From: a virus
Lineage: Duplodnaviria > Caudoviricetes
Direction: 5' to 3' (one strand)
Virus record (IMG/VR): IMGVR_UViG_3300031998_002794
Span: 714 to 64,713 of that record
DNA length: 64,000 nucleotides
This document shows, piece by piece, positions 18,776 through 27,312 of the stretch. Under the pieces are notes generated by a model. That model saw only the letters and a list, made by a program, of their open reading frames with translations. It was not told the DNA's origin and searched no databases. Position 1 is the stretch's first letter. Every line of letters starts with the position of its first letter. A program made the position numbers and the translations under genes.

Positions 18776-19672
18776 ATGTTTAAGAGAAATGAAAACCTCA
18801 GAGCTGCCGGTGAGCCAGTCGCTATGACTGCCGAACAGTTGCAAGAATACTTGAAATGTAAAAGAAGTGTTTTCTATTTTGCGAACTACTTCACAATTCG
18901 TGCTGCTGACGGCGACCACCCAATTCAGTTGAGAGAATACCAACAGCGTTTGGTAAAGTCAATTATCACAAAAGATCCTGACAAGAATAACCGAATCATT
19001 ATGATGGGTCGTCAGTCAGGTAAGACAACTATCGCTACCCTCTATTTGACGTGGTATGCGCTGTTCCACCGTTCAAAGACTATCGCTATTCTGGCTAACA
19101 AGGCTGAACAGGCTGATGAAATTATGCTTCGTATTCAGGAAGCATACATGGCCTTGCCTTTGTGGTTGCAGCAAGGAATCGTGAAGTGGAATGCTGGTGA
19201 AATGATTTTGGAGAACAAATGCAGAATGTTCTCCGCAGCATCTTCATCTTCGTCTATTCGTGGTAAGACCGTTGACATTGAACTCGTGGACGAGTTTGCT
19301 CACTTGGACAACAACGTTGCTGACTCATTCATGATGTCAGTTTTCCCTACCCAAGCTTCTAGACCTGACTCAATGCTTTTGCTTATCAGTACTCCTAACG
19401 GCATGAACCACTTCTACGACATTTGGCAAAAGGCTAAGTCTGGTCGTAATACATTCATTCCTTGTAAAGTCCAGTGGTATGAAATTGAAGGTCGTGACGA
19501 AAAGTTCAAAGAACGAGTTATTCGTGACAACGGTATTAAGTATTTCATGCAGGAATTTGCTTGCTTGACTCCAGACCAAAAGATTACGCTTAAAGACGAT
19601 AACGGCAATATCAGAACATTAACGATTGGCGAAGCGTATCAGTGGATGCGAGATTGCGGTGAGCTGGAATAA
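18776..19672 (+). CDS. terL: terminase large subunit N-terminal ATPase half fused to a split-intein N fragment
   Basis: LREYQ, GRQSGKTT (Walker A), SIRGK, LVDEFAH (Walker B), ISTPNGMNHFY; extein ends YFMQEFA; no nuclease domain. Confidence 0.95.
   Translation: MFKRNENLRAAGEPVAMTAEQLQEYLKCKRSVFYFANYFTIRAADGDHPIQLREYQQRLVKSIITKDPDKNNRIIMMGRQSGKTTIATLYLTWYALFHRSKTIAILANKAEQADEIMLRIQEAYMALPLWLQQGIVKWNAGEMILENKCRMFSAASSSSSIRGKTVDIELVDEFAHLDNNVADSFMMSVFPTQASRPDSMLLLISTPNGMNHFYDIWQKAKSGRNTFIPCKVQWYEIEGRDEKFKERVIRDNGIKYFMQEFACLTPDQKITLKDDNGNIRTLTIGEAYQWMRDCGELE
19562..19669 (+). other. atypical short split-intein N fragment (36 aa)
   Basis: CLTPDQKITLKDDNGNIRTLTIGEAYQWMRDCGELE begins with Cys1 at the QEF(A/E)|CEF site and matches the intein block A pattern. 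Confidence 0.85.
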
Positions 19673-19679
19673 ATAAAAT

Positions 19680-20000
19680 ATGGAAAACATAACCTACCGA
19701 ACAAACCTGCTTGAAACAGTCAATGTGGACAACATAGTGCAGAAAGATATGGGCTCTATGGATTTTGGCGATTTTGACTTTGGCGACGTTCGTTGGTATA
19801 GATGCTCATTCATGGATGTCGGAAGACCAGATAGAATCTCGAAGATCATTTATGATACGACTAACTACTGGCACTTCCTCATGTGGTTCAACGGAATTAG
19901 CGACTGCTGGAATGACATTCGTGAAAACATGATGATTAAGTACCCCGACATCAATTTGGTTAGAGAAGCATTTAAGCTCTACCGTAAGAAGGAGAAGTAA
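19680..20000 (+). CDS. baseplate wedge gp53-like / LysM-like protein
   Basis: RPDRISKIIYDTTNYWHFLMWFNGISD resembles the gp53 RP..A..Y....W..L..N.I.D motif. Confidence 0.65.
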   Translation: MENITYRTNLLETVNVDNIVQKDMGSMDFGDFDFGDVRWYRCSFMDVGRPDRISKIIYDTTNYWHFLMWFNGISDCWNDIRENMMIKYPDINLVREAFKLYRKKEK

Positions 20001-20354
20001 ATGGAACAGGAACTTAAAGAAGCACTTGAAACACTTGATAGTGCAGGTCTTATCGCTGAAGCTAGTGGATGGACTGCTCAAGATGTGGTCGATGAACTGT
20101 ATAGAAAATTTGACCCTGACTTTGGTGGCCTCAACGGATGGTCTTGTAATGTAGGACCTAACAACACAGTTTTCGTTTATCATAAAGACTATACATACAA
20201 AGTTTCAATAAAGCCTTCTAAACAGACTGTTGAAATTAAGATCTATGCTGGAAAGGCTCAGTTCACTGGAAAAGTTTTTGACTTCATTGAGTTTGGCACA
20301 TTTAAAGACTTTATGCAGTACATTATTAAATACATTCGTTCATGGGGAAAATAA
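20001..20354 (+). CDS. hypothetical, putative internal head protein
   Basis: Leader MEQELKEALETLDSAGLIAE. Confidence 0.7.
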   Translation: MEQELKEALETLDSAGLIAEASGWTAQDVVDELYRKFDPDFGGLNGWSCNVGPNNTVFVYHKDYTYKVSIKPSKQTVEIKIYAGKAQFTGKVFDFIEFGTFKDFMQYIIKYIRSWGK

Positions 20355-20356
20355 AA

Positions 20357-20692
20357 ATGGAATTGAATGAAGCATTAGAAACACTTGAGCAGAATGATCT
20401 CATTCCTATGAATGAGAATGAATTGTCCGATTACTTGATGGATAAAGTCTACAGAACTGCTGAAGAAATTTACGCCCGAGAGATTGACGAAAATGTTCCC
20501 GTTCTCGATGGTTCTAACCAGCCTTCTCGTGAATACTTGGAGCGTTTTGATTATCTATCTGACAATTTAAAAAATGCGGTTAAAAGGGCGTCTACAGCCT
20601 TGTATAATGACCTAAAGTCAGAAGGAATAGATATTAACGTAGAACACATACAGCATGAAATCTATGCTGCTTTGAAATTATACAGCAAATAA
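20357..20692 (+). CDS. hypothetical, putative internal head protein
   Basis: Leader MELNEALETLEQNDLIPMNE; start moved from 20342 to this Met. Confidence 0.7.
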   Translation: MELNEALETLEQNDLIPMNENELSDYLMDKVYRTAEEIYAREIDENVPVLDGSNQPSREYLERFDYLSDNLKNAVKRASTALYNDLKSEGIDINVEHIQHEIYAALKLYSK

Positions 20693-20718
20693 ATACAATA
20701 ACATAAAGGAGAATAATC

Positions 20719-21126
20719 ATGAGAGGAGAAGTTAACAAAGATTACATCCGTGGCGCTTTGAAGTTCTTGCGTGAAGATGTAGAGGACGAAGTTCCTACCT
20801 CTATTGATGATTCTGGTGTACCTGCTGACGACGTTCCTCCTGAGACAGAAGAAGGCGAAGAATGCGAAATGGTAGACTGCCCGGACTGTGGCGGTACCGG
20901 AGTCACAACTGACGAGGACGGAAACGAAGTTACATGCGAGACTTGTGGCGGCGAAGGATGCGTCTGTTTGGAAGATGCTGAATTTGACTTTGACCCAAGC
21001 ACCGGCGTTTGCCCTTGCTGCGGTTGCAAGTTGAATCTCATTGAGCCGACTGAAGACGGATTGGCTGGTGAAGAGGATTTGGGCGGTGATGATATCACAC
21101 CTGATGACCTTCCTGCAGAAATCTAA
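20719..21126 (+). CDS. acidic protein with a DnaJ-type CxxCxGxG zinc finger
   Basis: CPDCGGTG and CETCGGEG repeats plus CPCCGC; AAGGAG RBS. Confidence 0.7.
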   Translation: MRGEVNKDYIRGALKFLREDVEDEVPTSIDDSGVPADDVPPETEEGEECEMVDCPDCGGTGVTTDEDGNEVTCETCGGEGCVCLEDAEFDFDPSTGVCPCCGCKLNLIEPTEDGLAGEEDLGGDDITPDDLPAEI

Positions 21127-21150
21127 TCCATTCTTACATCGATCTTGAAG

Positions 21151-21181
21151 GCTACGGAATAAAATCCGTAGCTTTCTTTTT
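21151..21181 (+). terminator. intrinsic terminator
   Basis: GCTACGGA-ataaaa-TCCGTAGC followed by TTTCTTTT. Confidence 0.85.
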
Positions 21182-21219
21182 ATGCAAAAACTTTTTTATT
21201 ATTTACCCAAACAAAATTT

Positions 21220-21510
21220 TTAGCCGTATCCTCGGAACGAACAGCAACCCAATGCGAGTATCGGTAGAGGGACGCCATTGCCAGCTATGATGTAGGTAGC
21301 TCACAAAGGGATGAAATTACTACAAGCGAAGTGCAGACTTACAACCTGCACAATTAGCCGCCATTAGCGATAAAGGATGTAGTCGGAATACAGGATGACC
21401 GCTCCGTAAGCCTTTATGTAAGTCTACTTACAAAGTCATACAGTTATACAGATGTAAGAAAAAAGACTTTGACAGTAAGTTTCCTGGATAGGCTTACTGT
21501 CTCCAGTTAC
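21220..21510. ncRNA. candidate structured noncoding RNA or cis element
   Basis: ORF-free, with several stems: 21283-21301, 21331-21351, 21370-21417, 21431-21471, 21471-21501; family not recognised. Confidence 0.35.
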
Positions 21511-21580
21511 CAGATACAGAAAAAAGGAAATTTGACCGGAAGTTACCTTCTAAATAAATAAAATAGAGGTAAAATGTCAA

Positions 21581-22222
21581 ATGGCCAGCACTTCTATAAG
21601 ATCTATTTGGAATAACCCGTATTACCGTAACTACAAGCCCATTCCTAAGTGGGCGTTTGTGGTTGACTTCGGTAGTTTCATTTTGCATAACGACCCTGCT
21701 ATTCAGCATAATGGTCTTATTGATTCATATAAAGACATACTTAGCCAAGCACTTGTGAATGTCGTGTGGGGCAAGAGAGAAACTTCTATCGTCAAGACAT
21801 ACTATGCTGGCGTAGAGGCTAACTGTCCAGGACGAGTTCAAAATACGGGTGAATTGAACATTACATTTAATGATGACCAAGAAATGAGAATTAGTAAGTG
21901 CCTTGATGAAATTTTCAACGGCGAGTGCTCGAATGACGAGTACTTTGAAGGAAATGGCGCTTATATTGGTAATGTGAAGAGCGGATTCAATAAAGTAGAC
22001 CGTTCTATTACTGTTCATATTCTTAAGCCGCAGACTGTAATGCAGTCTGAAATAGTCGCCCCAGAATATCAAGAGGCTGGCTCGGTTACTTTCCATAACT
22101 GCATTCTTACCGGCATTAATGAAGAAGAATTTAGCTACGACAATCATGACGATATCTTGCAGAGAACCGCAAAGATTTCCTATGACTATATGATTGACAA
22201 CAGAAATAAGAAGGTTGGATAA
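21581..22222 (+). CDS. tail tube (gp19-fold) paralogue
   Basis: PIPKWAFVVDF..YYAG..CPGR..GELNITFND..FHNC..FSYD pattern. Confidence 0.6.
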   Translation: MASTSIRSIWNNPYYRNYKPIPKWAFVVDFGSFILHNDPAIQHNGLIDSYKDILSQALVNVVWGKRETSIVKTYYAGVEANCPGRVQNTGELNITFNDDQEMRISKCLDEIFNGECSNDEYFEGNGAYIGNVKSGFNKVDRSITVHILKPQTVMQSEIVAPEYQEAGSVTFHNCILTGINEEEFSYDNHDDILQRTAKISYDYMIDNRNKKVG

Positions 22223-22794
22223 TGGGAAATTTAAGAATTGCGAATTTCATGAATAAAGGACATGCGACTCCAGCACCAGTCTGGATGTTCCAAGTCTATT
22301 TCTATTTCAACGAGAATTTTCAGAACTATCACAAAGTACCGACTGATGTAACTACATTGGATACATTCACTTGCATCAAGATTGACTTGCCAAGATTTGA
22401 AGATACATTGAAGGCAGTCAATTTCTTGGGCACTGAAATGAACTGCACAGTCTATCGTGATATGACTGGTGAAACTGCGCTTGACTTCTGGTGTCAAGCT
22501 GGCGAGAAGATAGGAAACAAAGATCCGTCAGAAATTTCATTCCTGGATATGATTCTGCCTGGAACGGATGGTGGTCTTATGGACTACTTTACTCATAGCG
22601 AGTTCCTTCCGCCTTTCAGCAGAATAGATATCGTTCTTAAAAACATTAACGGCGACAACTTCAGAAAGATCCGTCTCTATAACCCTCAGATTAAAGGCTT
22701 TGAGTTCCAAGGCGCATGTAATTATGAGGGCGATGAAGGATTGAAGTGGACACTTAACGTTCACTATGATGGTTGGGAGGAGGTCAGAAACTAA
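22222..22794 (+). CDS. tail tube (gp19-fold) paralogue
   Basis: WMFQVYF..IKIDLP..NFLG..LYNPQI..LNVHYD pattern; TAATG-coupled to the previous gene. Confidence 0.55.
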   Translation: MGNLRIANFMNKGHATPAPVWMFQVYFYFNENFQNYHKVPTDVTTLDTFTCIKIDLPRFEDTLKAVNFLGTEMNCTVYRDMTGETALDFWCQAGEKIGNKDPSEISFLDMILPGTDGGLMDYFTHSEFLPPFSRIDIVLKNINGDNFRKIRLYNPQIKGFEFQGACNYEGDEGLKWTLNVHYDGWEEVRN

Positions 22795-24179
22795 TGAATG
22801 TAGCTGACATCTTTTGTGAATACATCTACGGAACATTCTTAATCGTCGAGGCAGCACTTGAGGTTGGTATTCATGCTGCCCAGTCGTTGATGCACATGCT
22901 TAACGCCTTCTTTGACGCTGTCCTTTCATGGTTCAAGTACGTCGTTGATACGGCAATGGAGGCCATCTTAAACGGTGTCAGGGTCATACAGAAAAAATTA
23001 GTAGACTTAATCTGGGACGGCTATAAGACAGGTCCAGATGGGAAGAAAGGAAGTAAGTTCTGCTCGAACTTGTTCCGATGCAACATCTTCCTTGACCAGA
23101 TGACTGACTCTAACTCGCTTATCTGTAAGACCCTCATCAAGCTCGGCGTCATGACGAAGGAACAACAGCAGTACATCAACACAATCATTCAAGACTTCAA
23201 TACATTCCAAGAAACGGTATGTAACTTCGGTTTCACTTTCAACTTCGGCCTTTCTGCATTGAAGAAAATGCTTATGTGGTATAAGGAAAAGATTGAAGAA
23301 TTCTTGAAGATGATTGAACGAAAGAAGGACCAGTTAAGACGCTTGCTTCAGACATACTTGAACAGGCTCATTGACAGTGGTATCTTTGATTTGCTGATTA
23401 AGCTCAGAAAGTTCTTCAACTGTATTCTTGCCAACAGCGATACATGCTCTAACATCGCTACTGCTAGCAACTATTATCAGAACTGCTTAGGTTTCCTTCA
23501 CATTGAAGAAAACGGACTTGGAGGCTATCGTATCAACAGCGATGACCAGAATAAGTTTACGAATGCGTTTGACTCAAGACTCAATAAGTTGAACAACAGT
23601 AAGCAGGAATTGCAGCAGCTCATTGACTCGATGATGAACCCGTCAGATGTTCTTGCTGCGTCTAAGGCATTTAACTTGGCAAGCAACGTCTTCCCTGGTG
23701 GAATGTCTTTGACTGACATCAAGAATGGCAACTGGTCTAAGAACAAGATGGTTCATTACTTCCAAGTTCGTGCTGATGAATTCATGGAAGCGTTCTGCCA
23801 TAAGCACAAGATTGAAGACTCTACTGCAGGCTCAACAGAATACTTGCTTAACGGTATGAGCATCAATGATAAAGATGGCACTATCACGATGAGAGTCAAT
23901 GACATCGTTGAAGTCATTAACCCGAATGACCCTTCCACAATGCAAGGGTATACAAACAACATGCTCGGTTACACAACCGCCGATTATGAATACTATACAC
24001 CAGTCGGCGAAAACCCAGATGCACCAGAACCGATTTACTGGAAGGGAAGAATCATTTCTGCTTTGTATGGCGCTATAAGAATTTCAGAAGGCGACAAAGA
24101 ACTAGCTGAACATTGCCAGAATACATATTCTAGAACTGTTAATACATTCAGTGAAGAGGAGCTCGTTACAGCATGGTAG
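22794..24179 (+). CDS. hypothetical helical protein
   Basis: 461 aa from the TAATG-coupled start. Confidence 0.75.
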   Translation: MNVADIFCEYIYGTFLIVEAALEVGIHAAQSLMHMLNAFFDAVLSWFKYVVDTAMEAILNGVRVIQKKLVDLIWDGYKTGPDGKKGSKFCSNLFRCNIFLDQMTDSNSLICKTLIKLGVMTKEQQQYINTIIQDFNTFQETVCNFGFTFNFGLSALKKMLMWYKEKIEEFLKMIERKKDQLRRLLQTYLNRLIDSGIFDLLIKLRKFFNCILANSDTCSNIATASNYYQNCLGFLHIEENGLGGYRINSDDQNKFTNAFDSRLNKLNNSKQELQQLIDSMMNPSDVLAASKAFNLASNVFPGGMSLTDIKNGNWSKNKMVHYFQVRADEFMEAFCHKHKIEDSTAGSTEYLLNGMSINDKDGTITMRVNDIVEVINPNDPSTMQGYTNNMLGYTTADYEYYTPVGENPDAPEPIYWKGRIISALYGAIRISEGDKELAEHCQNTYSRTVNTFSEEELVTAW

Positions 24180-24289
24180 AAGCTATGGCACAGTGGATTG
24201 CTTTGGGCGTCATGTTTGCTATTATCTGTGTAGCAGCGTATGAAGTCGTAAACTTCTTTTATTGGTTGATTGATAAGTTTAAAAAGTGA
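24173..24289 (+). CDS. small single-TM peptide (38 aa)
   Basis: MVEAMAQWIALGVMFAIICVAAYEVVNFFYWLIDKFKK fills the gap between two genes; absent from the ORF track. Confidence 0.5.
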   Translation: MVEAMAQWIALGVMFAIICVAAYEVVNFFYWLIDKFKK

Positions 24290-24296
24290 GGTGATT

Positions 24297-24749
24297 ATGT
24301 TAATAAATGAAGCAATAGAAAAACTTGGTAGAGCAGGACTCATCTGCGAAGATCATGGGATGGATCCTGAAGAAAGAGCGTGGATGGTAACGAACGCTGT
24401 CGCTGGCCTTTGGCTAGACGAATTTAAGAAGCAGTTGCCAAAAGGCTACCGCGTTGAATTTGTAGTAGGCAATAACAATGTAACCGGCATATCAGATAAA
24501 ACGCCGAACATTAACATCTATAACGACAACTATAAACCAAAAGGTCAGTTCTCGCTTCCATGTTGCGAGAACCCAAGAAACATTGCTTTTGAAAACTGCT
24601 ATTCGTCAAGTTCGTTCAAGGATCTTAAAGGCGTTCAAGTAGCAATTCATTACCCAGGCGTTCGTCGCATGGCTGACCGCTTTACTTTGCCACAAGAATA
24701 CAACATTGAGAAGACAGTCGCTAACATCATCAAGGATTTCGTAAAATGA
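24297..24749 (+). CDS. hypothetical, putative internal head protein
   Basis: GAGGTG RBS; leader MLINEAIEKLGRAGLICE. Confidence 0.7.
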   Translation: MLINEAIEKLGRAGLICEDHGMDPEERAWMVTNAVAGLWLDEFKKQLPKGYRVEFVVGNNNVTGISDKTPNINIYNDNYKPKGQFSLPCCENPRNIAFENCYSSSSFKDLKGVQVAIHYPGVRRMADRFTLPQEYNIEKTVANIIKDFVK

Positions 24750-25141
24750 GTTTGGAAAAAGAACAAAGAGACATTCTGTTTGATGCCTGCCGCTCAATAG
24801 CTACGAATAAAAGAACTCCTGAATGGATTAGCGGCTACTTGACACAAGCAGTTATGAAATGCAAACAGCTTGCAGAAAAGCAGGCATTTCCCGAGTCTTT
24901 AGATAGTCCCAATTCAAGTGACAGACCCCTCGCGTCTAATGAACCACTTAAGGTTGGCGACCGCGTAAAGACCAAGATGTTTGACAAGACCGAATACACA
25001 ATGACTATCGTAAAGGACGATGGTATTCTCGATGACGTTCAGTTGTGGAGCTGTGGCGAAATTGAAGGCCACGGTAAGAGAGCGGATATTCCTGGCTACG
25101 TCATTCCAAATGTGCCATCGCATTGGTTAAAGAAGGTATAA
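24746..25141 (+). CDS. hypothetical protein (SH3/KOW-like C-terminus)
   Basis: 131-aa ORF; LKVGDRVK motif. Confidence 0.65.
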   Translation: MSLEKEQRDILFDACRSIATNKRTPEWISGYLTQAVMKCKQLAEKQAFPESLDSPNSSDRPLASNEPLKVGDRVKTKMFDKTEYTMTIVKDDGILDDVQLWSCGEIEGHGKRADIPGYVIPNVPSHWLKKV

Positions 25142-25142
25142 A

Positions 25143-25559
25143 ATGCTCCCGTTAAATCAGAACCCAGATTTCAAGAATGAAGGACAACTTACTCGTCCAG
25201 TAGATTACATGGACATGAACGGCGACGATCTTTACACAACAAGCGTCGTCTATGGAACTGATGCTCTTGACCAAGCTATTGAAGCATGTATCGTCACTGA
25301 GCCTTGGGAACGTCTTTTTAACATTGACTTCTGGTCGCCGTTCTATCGTTTGCTTTTCAACCAAGAAGGCGAAGCAGAGACAATAGTTCAGCAGACCTTT
25401 GACGTCATTGAGAAATGGGTTGGTGTAATGATTCTTCGTAATGAGGCTGAAGTCAATGTCAATTCAGCAGAACATGTGGTAACATTGAAGATTCCTTACA
25501 TCTATGTTGATAACGGCACTAGCTATAAGCATACCTTCTCGCGTGTAATAAGCAAATAA
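25143..25559 (+). CDS. gp25: baseplate wedge gp25-like protein
   Basis: ALDQAIEACIVTEPWERLFNIDFWS..RLLF resembles the gp25 T..GER.F..FGS motif. Confidence 0.75.
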   Translation: MLPLNQNPDFKNEGQLTRPVDYMDMNGDDLYTTSVVYGTDALDQAIEACIVTEPWERLFNIDFWSPFYRLLFNQEGEAETIVQQTFDVIEKWVGVMILRNEAEVNVNSAEHVVTLKIPYIYVDNGTSYKHTFSRVISK

Positions 25560-25576
25560 ATAGAATAAAGGTCAAT

Positions 25577-26005
25577 ATGAATTTAGATGAATACACGCAG
25601 TTGCAGTTCTCTAAGGCGTTCAACAGAGCGGACATAAATGATACGCCTGCAGTCGCCGATGAATCCTCTCCTAGCCGAGAGGTTTATCATGCTGACCCGA
25701 AAAAGTGGACTGCTAAAATAATTGATGATGAAAAGCTCTTGTTCTTCAATGACCGATTCTTGAACATCTCTAAGCTTAAAGACGAAATTGAAAAGCTCTA
25801 TACATCACAGGGCTATGAGCATTATGGATTTGCTAAATTGTCTGAAACTGAGCTTGTAAGATATAAGACACTTCGTGATATCATATGTGGCGAGTTTTTG
25901 CGTGAATATGGTGGAGAGGAACTCGACCCAGCCGCAGTAGCACAGATTATCTTTGACAACGAAGCGAAGGAATTTGAGTGGAGACCAGAGCAGTTGACAG
26001 TTTAG
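25577..26005 (+). CDS. hypothetical protein
   Basis: 142-aa ORF after an ATAAATA motif. Confidence 0.7.
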   Translation: MNLDEYTQLQFSKAFNRADINDTPAVADESSPSREVYHADPKKWTAKIIDDEKLLFFNDRFLNISKLKDEIEKLYTSQGYEHYGFAKLSETELVRYKTLRDIICGEFLREYGGEELDPAAVAQIIFDNEAKEFEWRPEQLTV

Positions 26006-26012
26006 GTAAGTT

Positions 26013-26423
26013 ATGATAAATCAAAGCACGAACAAATTACTTGAAGTGAGATTGAAGGTTGATGAGTGGATCATTGAAGAGACACTTACTCGAATGGGTA
26101 TTCCCGACATCAAGAATAAAGTCTTATATCAGTCTTGCCATTTGCTCAAGCATTTCGGCTCTTACTACATTGCTCATTTTAAGCAGCTGTTCGTGCTTGG
26201 ACGTGGTAAGGACGGTTATCCTGGTTTTGGCAATGTTTCTTTGGAAGACATTGAGCGCAGAAACAGTATAGCATACTGTCTTGTCAAATGGAATATGATT
26301 GAGGTCATTGAGCCTAAGGAGATTGAAGAGCATTCAACTCGCATATTCGTTTTGCCACATGCTGAAAAGAAGAATTGGCAACTTATCAAAAAGTTTAATG
26401 TTAAGAATCTTACTAATGAATAG
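26013..26423 (+). CDS. regA: translational repressor RegA
   Basis: ETLTRMGI..LYQSCHLL..YYIAHFKQLF..EDIERRNSIA..W..HAEKKNWQLIKK. Confidence 0.93.
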   Translation: MINQSTNKLLEVRLKVDEWIIEETLTRMGIPDIKNKVLYQSCHLLKHFGSYYIAHFKQLFVLGRGKDGYPGFGNVSLEDIERRNSIAYCLVKWNMIEVIEPKEIEEHSTRIFVLPHAEKKNWQLIKKFNVKNLTNE

Positions 26424-26431
26424 AGGTTGAG

Positions 26432-27304
26432 ATGGCAAAGAAACCAAATTACAAACCGGCGCCATTTAATGAAGGATCATTCACAAACATCTTTGAAGAA
26501 CTTGGTGAATCCGCTGCTCTGCGCGGTGTCCTTTCATGGAAGAATCTCGTTGGTAAAGAAGTAAAACCTCAAGACTTGATTAACGCTACTAATCAAGTTG
26601 ATTTTAACGAAGTCTATAACCTGGCCTTTGAAAATAAAGGCTTGGGTATTCTTCAAAATGAATTTGCGAATAAGTCTCCGTATGAAGTTATGGAGAACGT
26701 CGCAGCTCGCGTCGCTGTGAAGTCATTACATGAAAATGAAAAAATTGATGACGAAACATACAGCAAGTTTGTTGTGAACGATAACGGTCAAGAAAAATTT
26801 CGCATTGACGATATAAAGAATGACCAAGCGACCCGAGAAAAGTATGCTGCAGTAAAGAACAACTTCAACAACTACTTCGAGAAAGGTGTCTTCGCTATGC
26901 AAGAACGCATTAAGAAAGGCGAAGGCAATATCGTTGACCCAATTACGAAACAGAAACTCAAAGACCCAGGAGTTTTGACCAAAGGAATGGAACTCGCTGG
27001 CAACGTAGCTGGCAAGGTCGGTGGTAAGATCGGCGAGATCGTCGGTGTAACACCTAACGCTCCTGATATTTACTCAAAGATGATTTTCGCTGCGATTGGT
27101 GGCGGCAAGAAACTTTGGGCTAACTTGAAGAACATGGCTGCTAAAAGACGCTTCACTGAATTGAAGAAAACATCAGTCAAGGACTTGAAGAAGAAAGTCT
27201 CTGAAGCGATTGAAAAGGCAAAGCCAATGGTTGAAGAAGAAAAGAAGAATGGTGGAAAGCCTGCTGAAGAAAAACCTAAAGAAGAAGATGGTGTTCAGCC
27301 TTAA
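26432..27304 (+). CDS. hypothetical protein
   Basis: 290-aa ORF with GAGG RBS. Confidence 0.75.
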   Translation: MAKKPNYKPAPFNEGSFTNIFEELGESAALRGVLSWKNLVGKEVKPQDLINATNQVDFNEVYNLAFENKGLGILQNEFANKSPYEVMENVAARVAVKSLHENEKIDDETYSKFVVNDNGQEKFRIDDIKNDQATREKYAAVKNNFNNYFEKGVFAMQERIKKGEGNIVDPITKQKLKDPGVLTKGMELAGNVAGKVGGKIGEIVGVTPNAPDIYSKMIFAAIGGGKKLWANLKNMAAKRRFTELKKTSVKDLKKKVSEAIEKAKPMVEEEKKNGGKPAEEKPKEEDGVQP

Positions 27305-27312
27305 GGAGAAAT

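Noticed and set aside
19562-19672. Stop-codon recoding or a frameshift as the explanation for the truncated terL
   Set aside because: The stop is TAA, all three stop codons end genes normally elsewhere, the next ORF is an unrelated gp53-like gene, and the tail is explained by an intein N-fragment
21220-21510. tRNA, tmRNA, RNase P or group I intron identity; 18-codon ORF at 21311
   Set aside because: No cloverleaf/TTC-CCA and no conserved catalytic motifs; the small ORF lacks a properly spaced RBS
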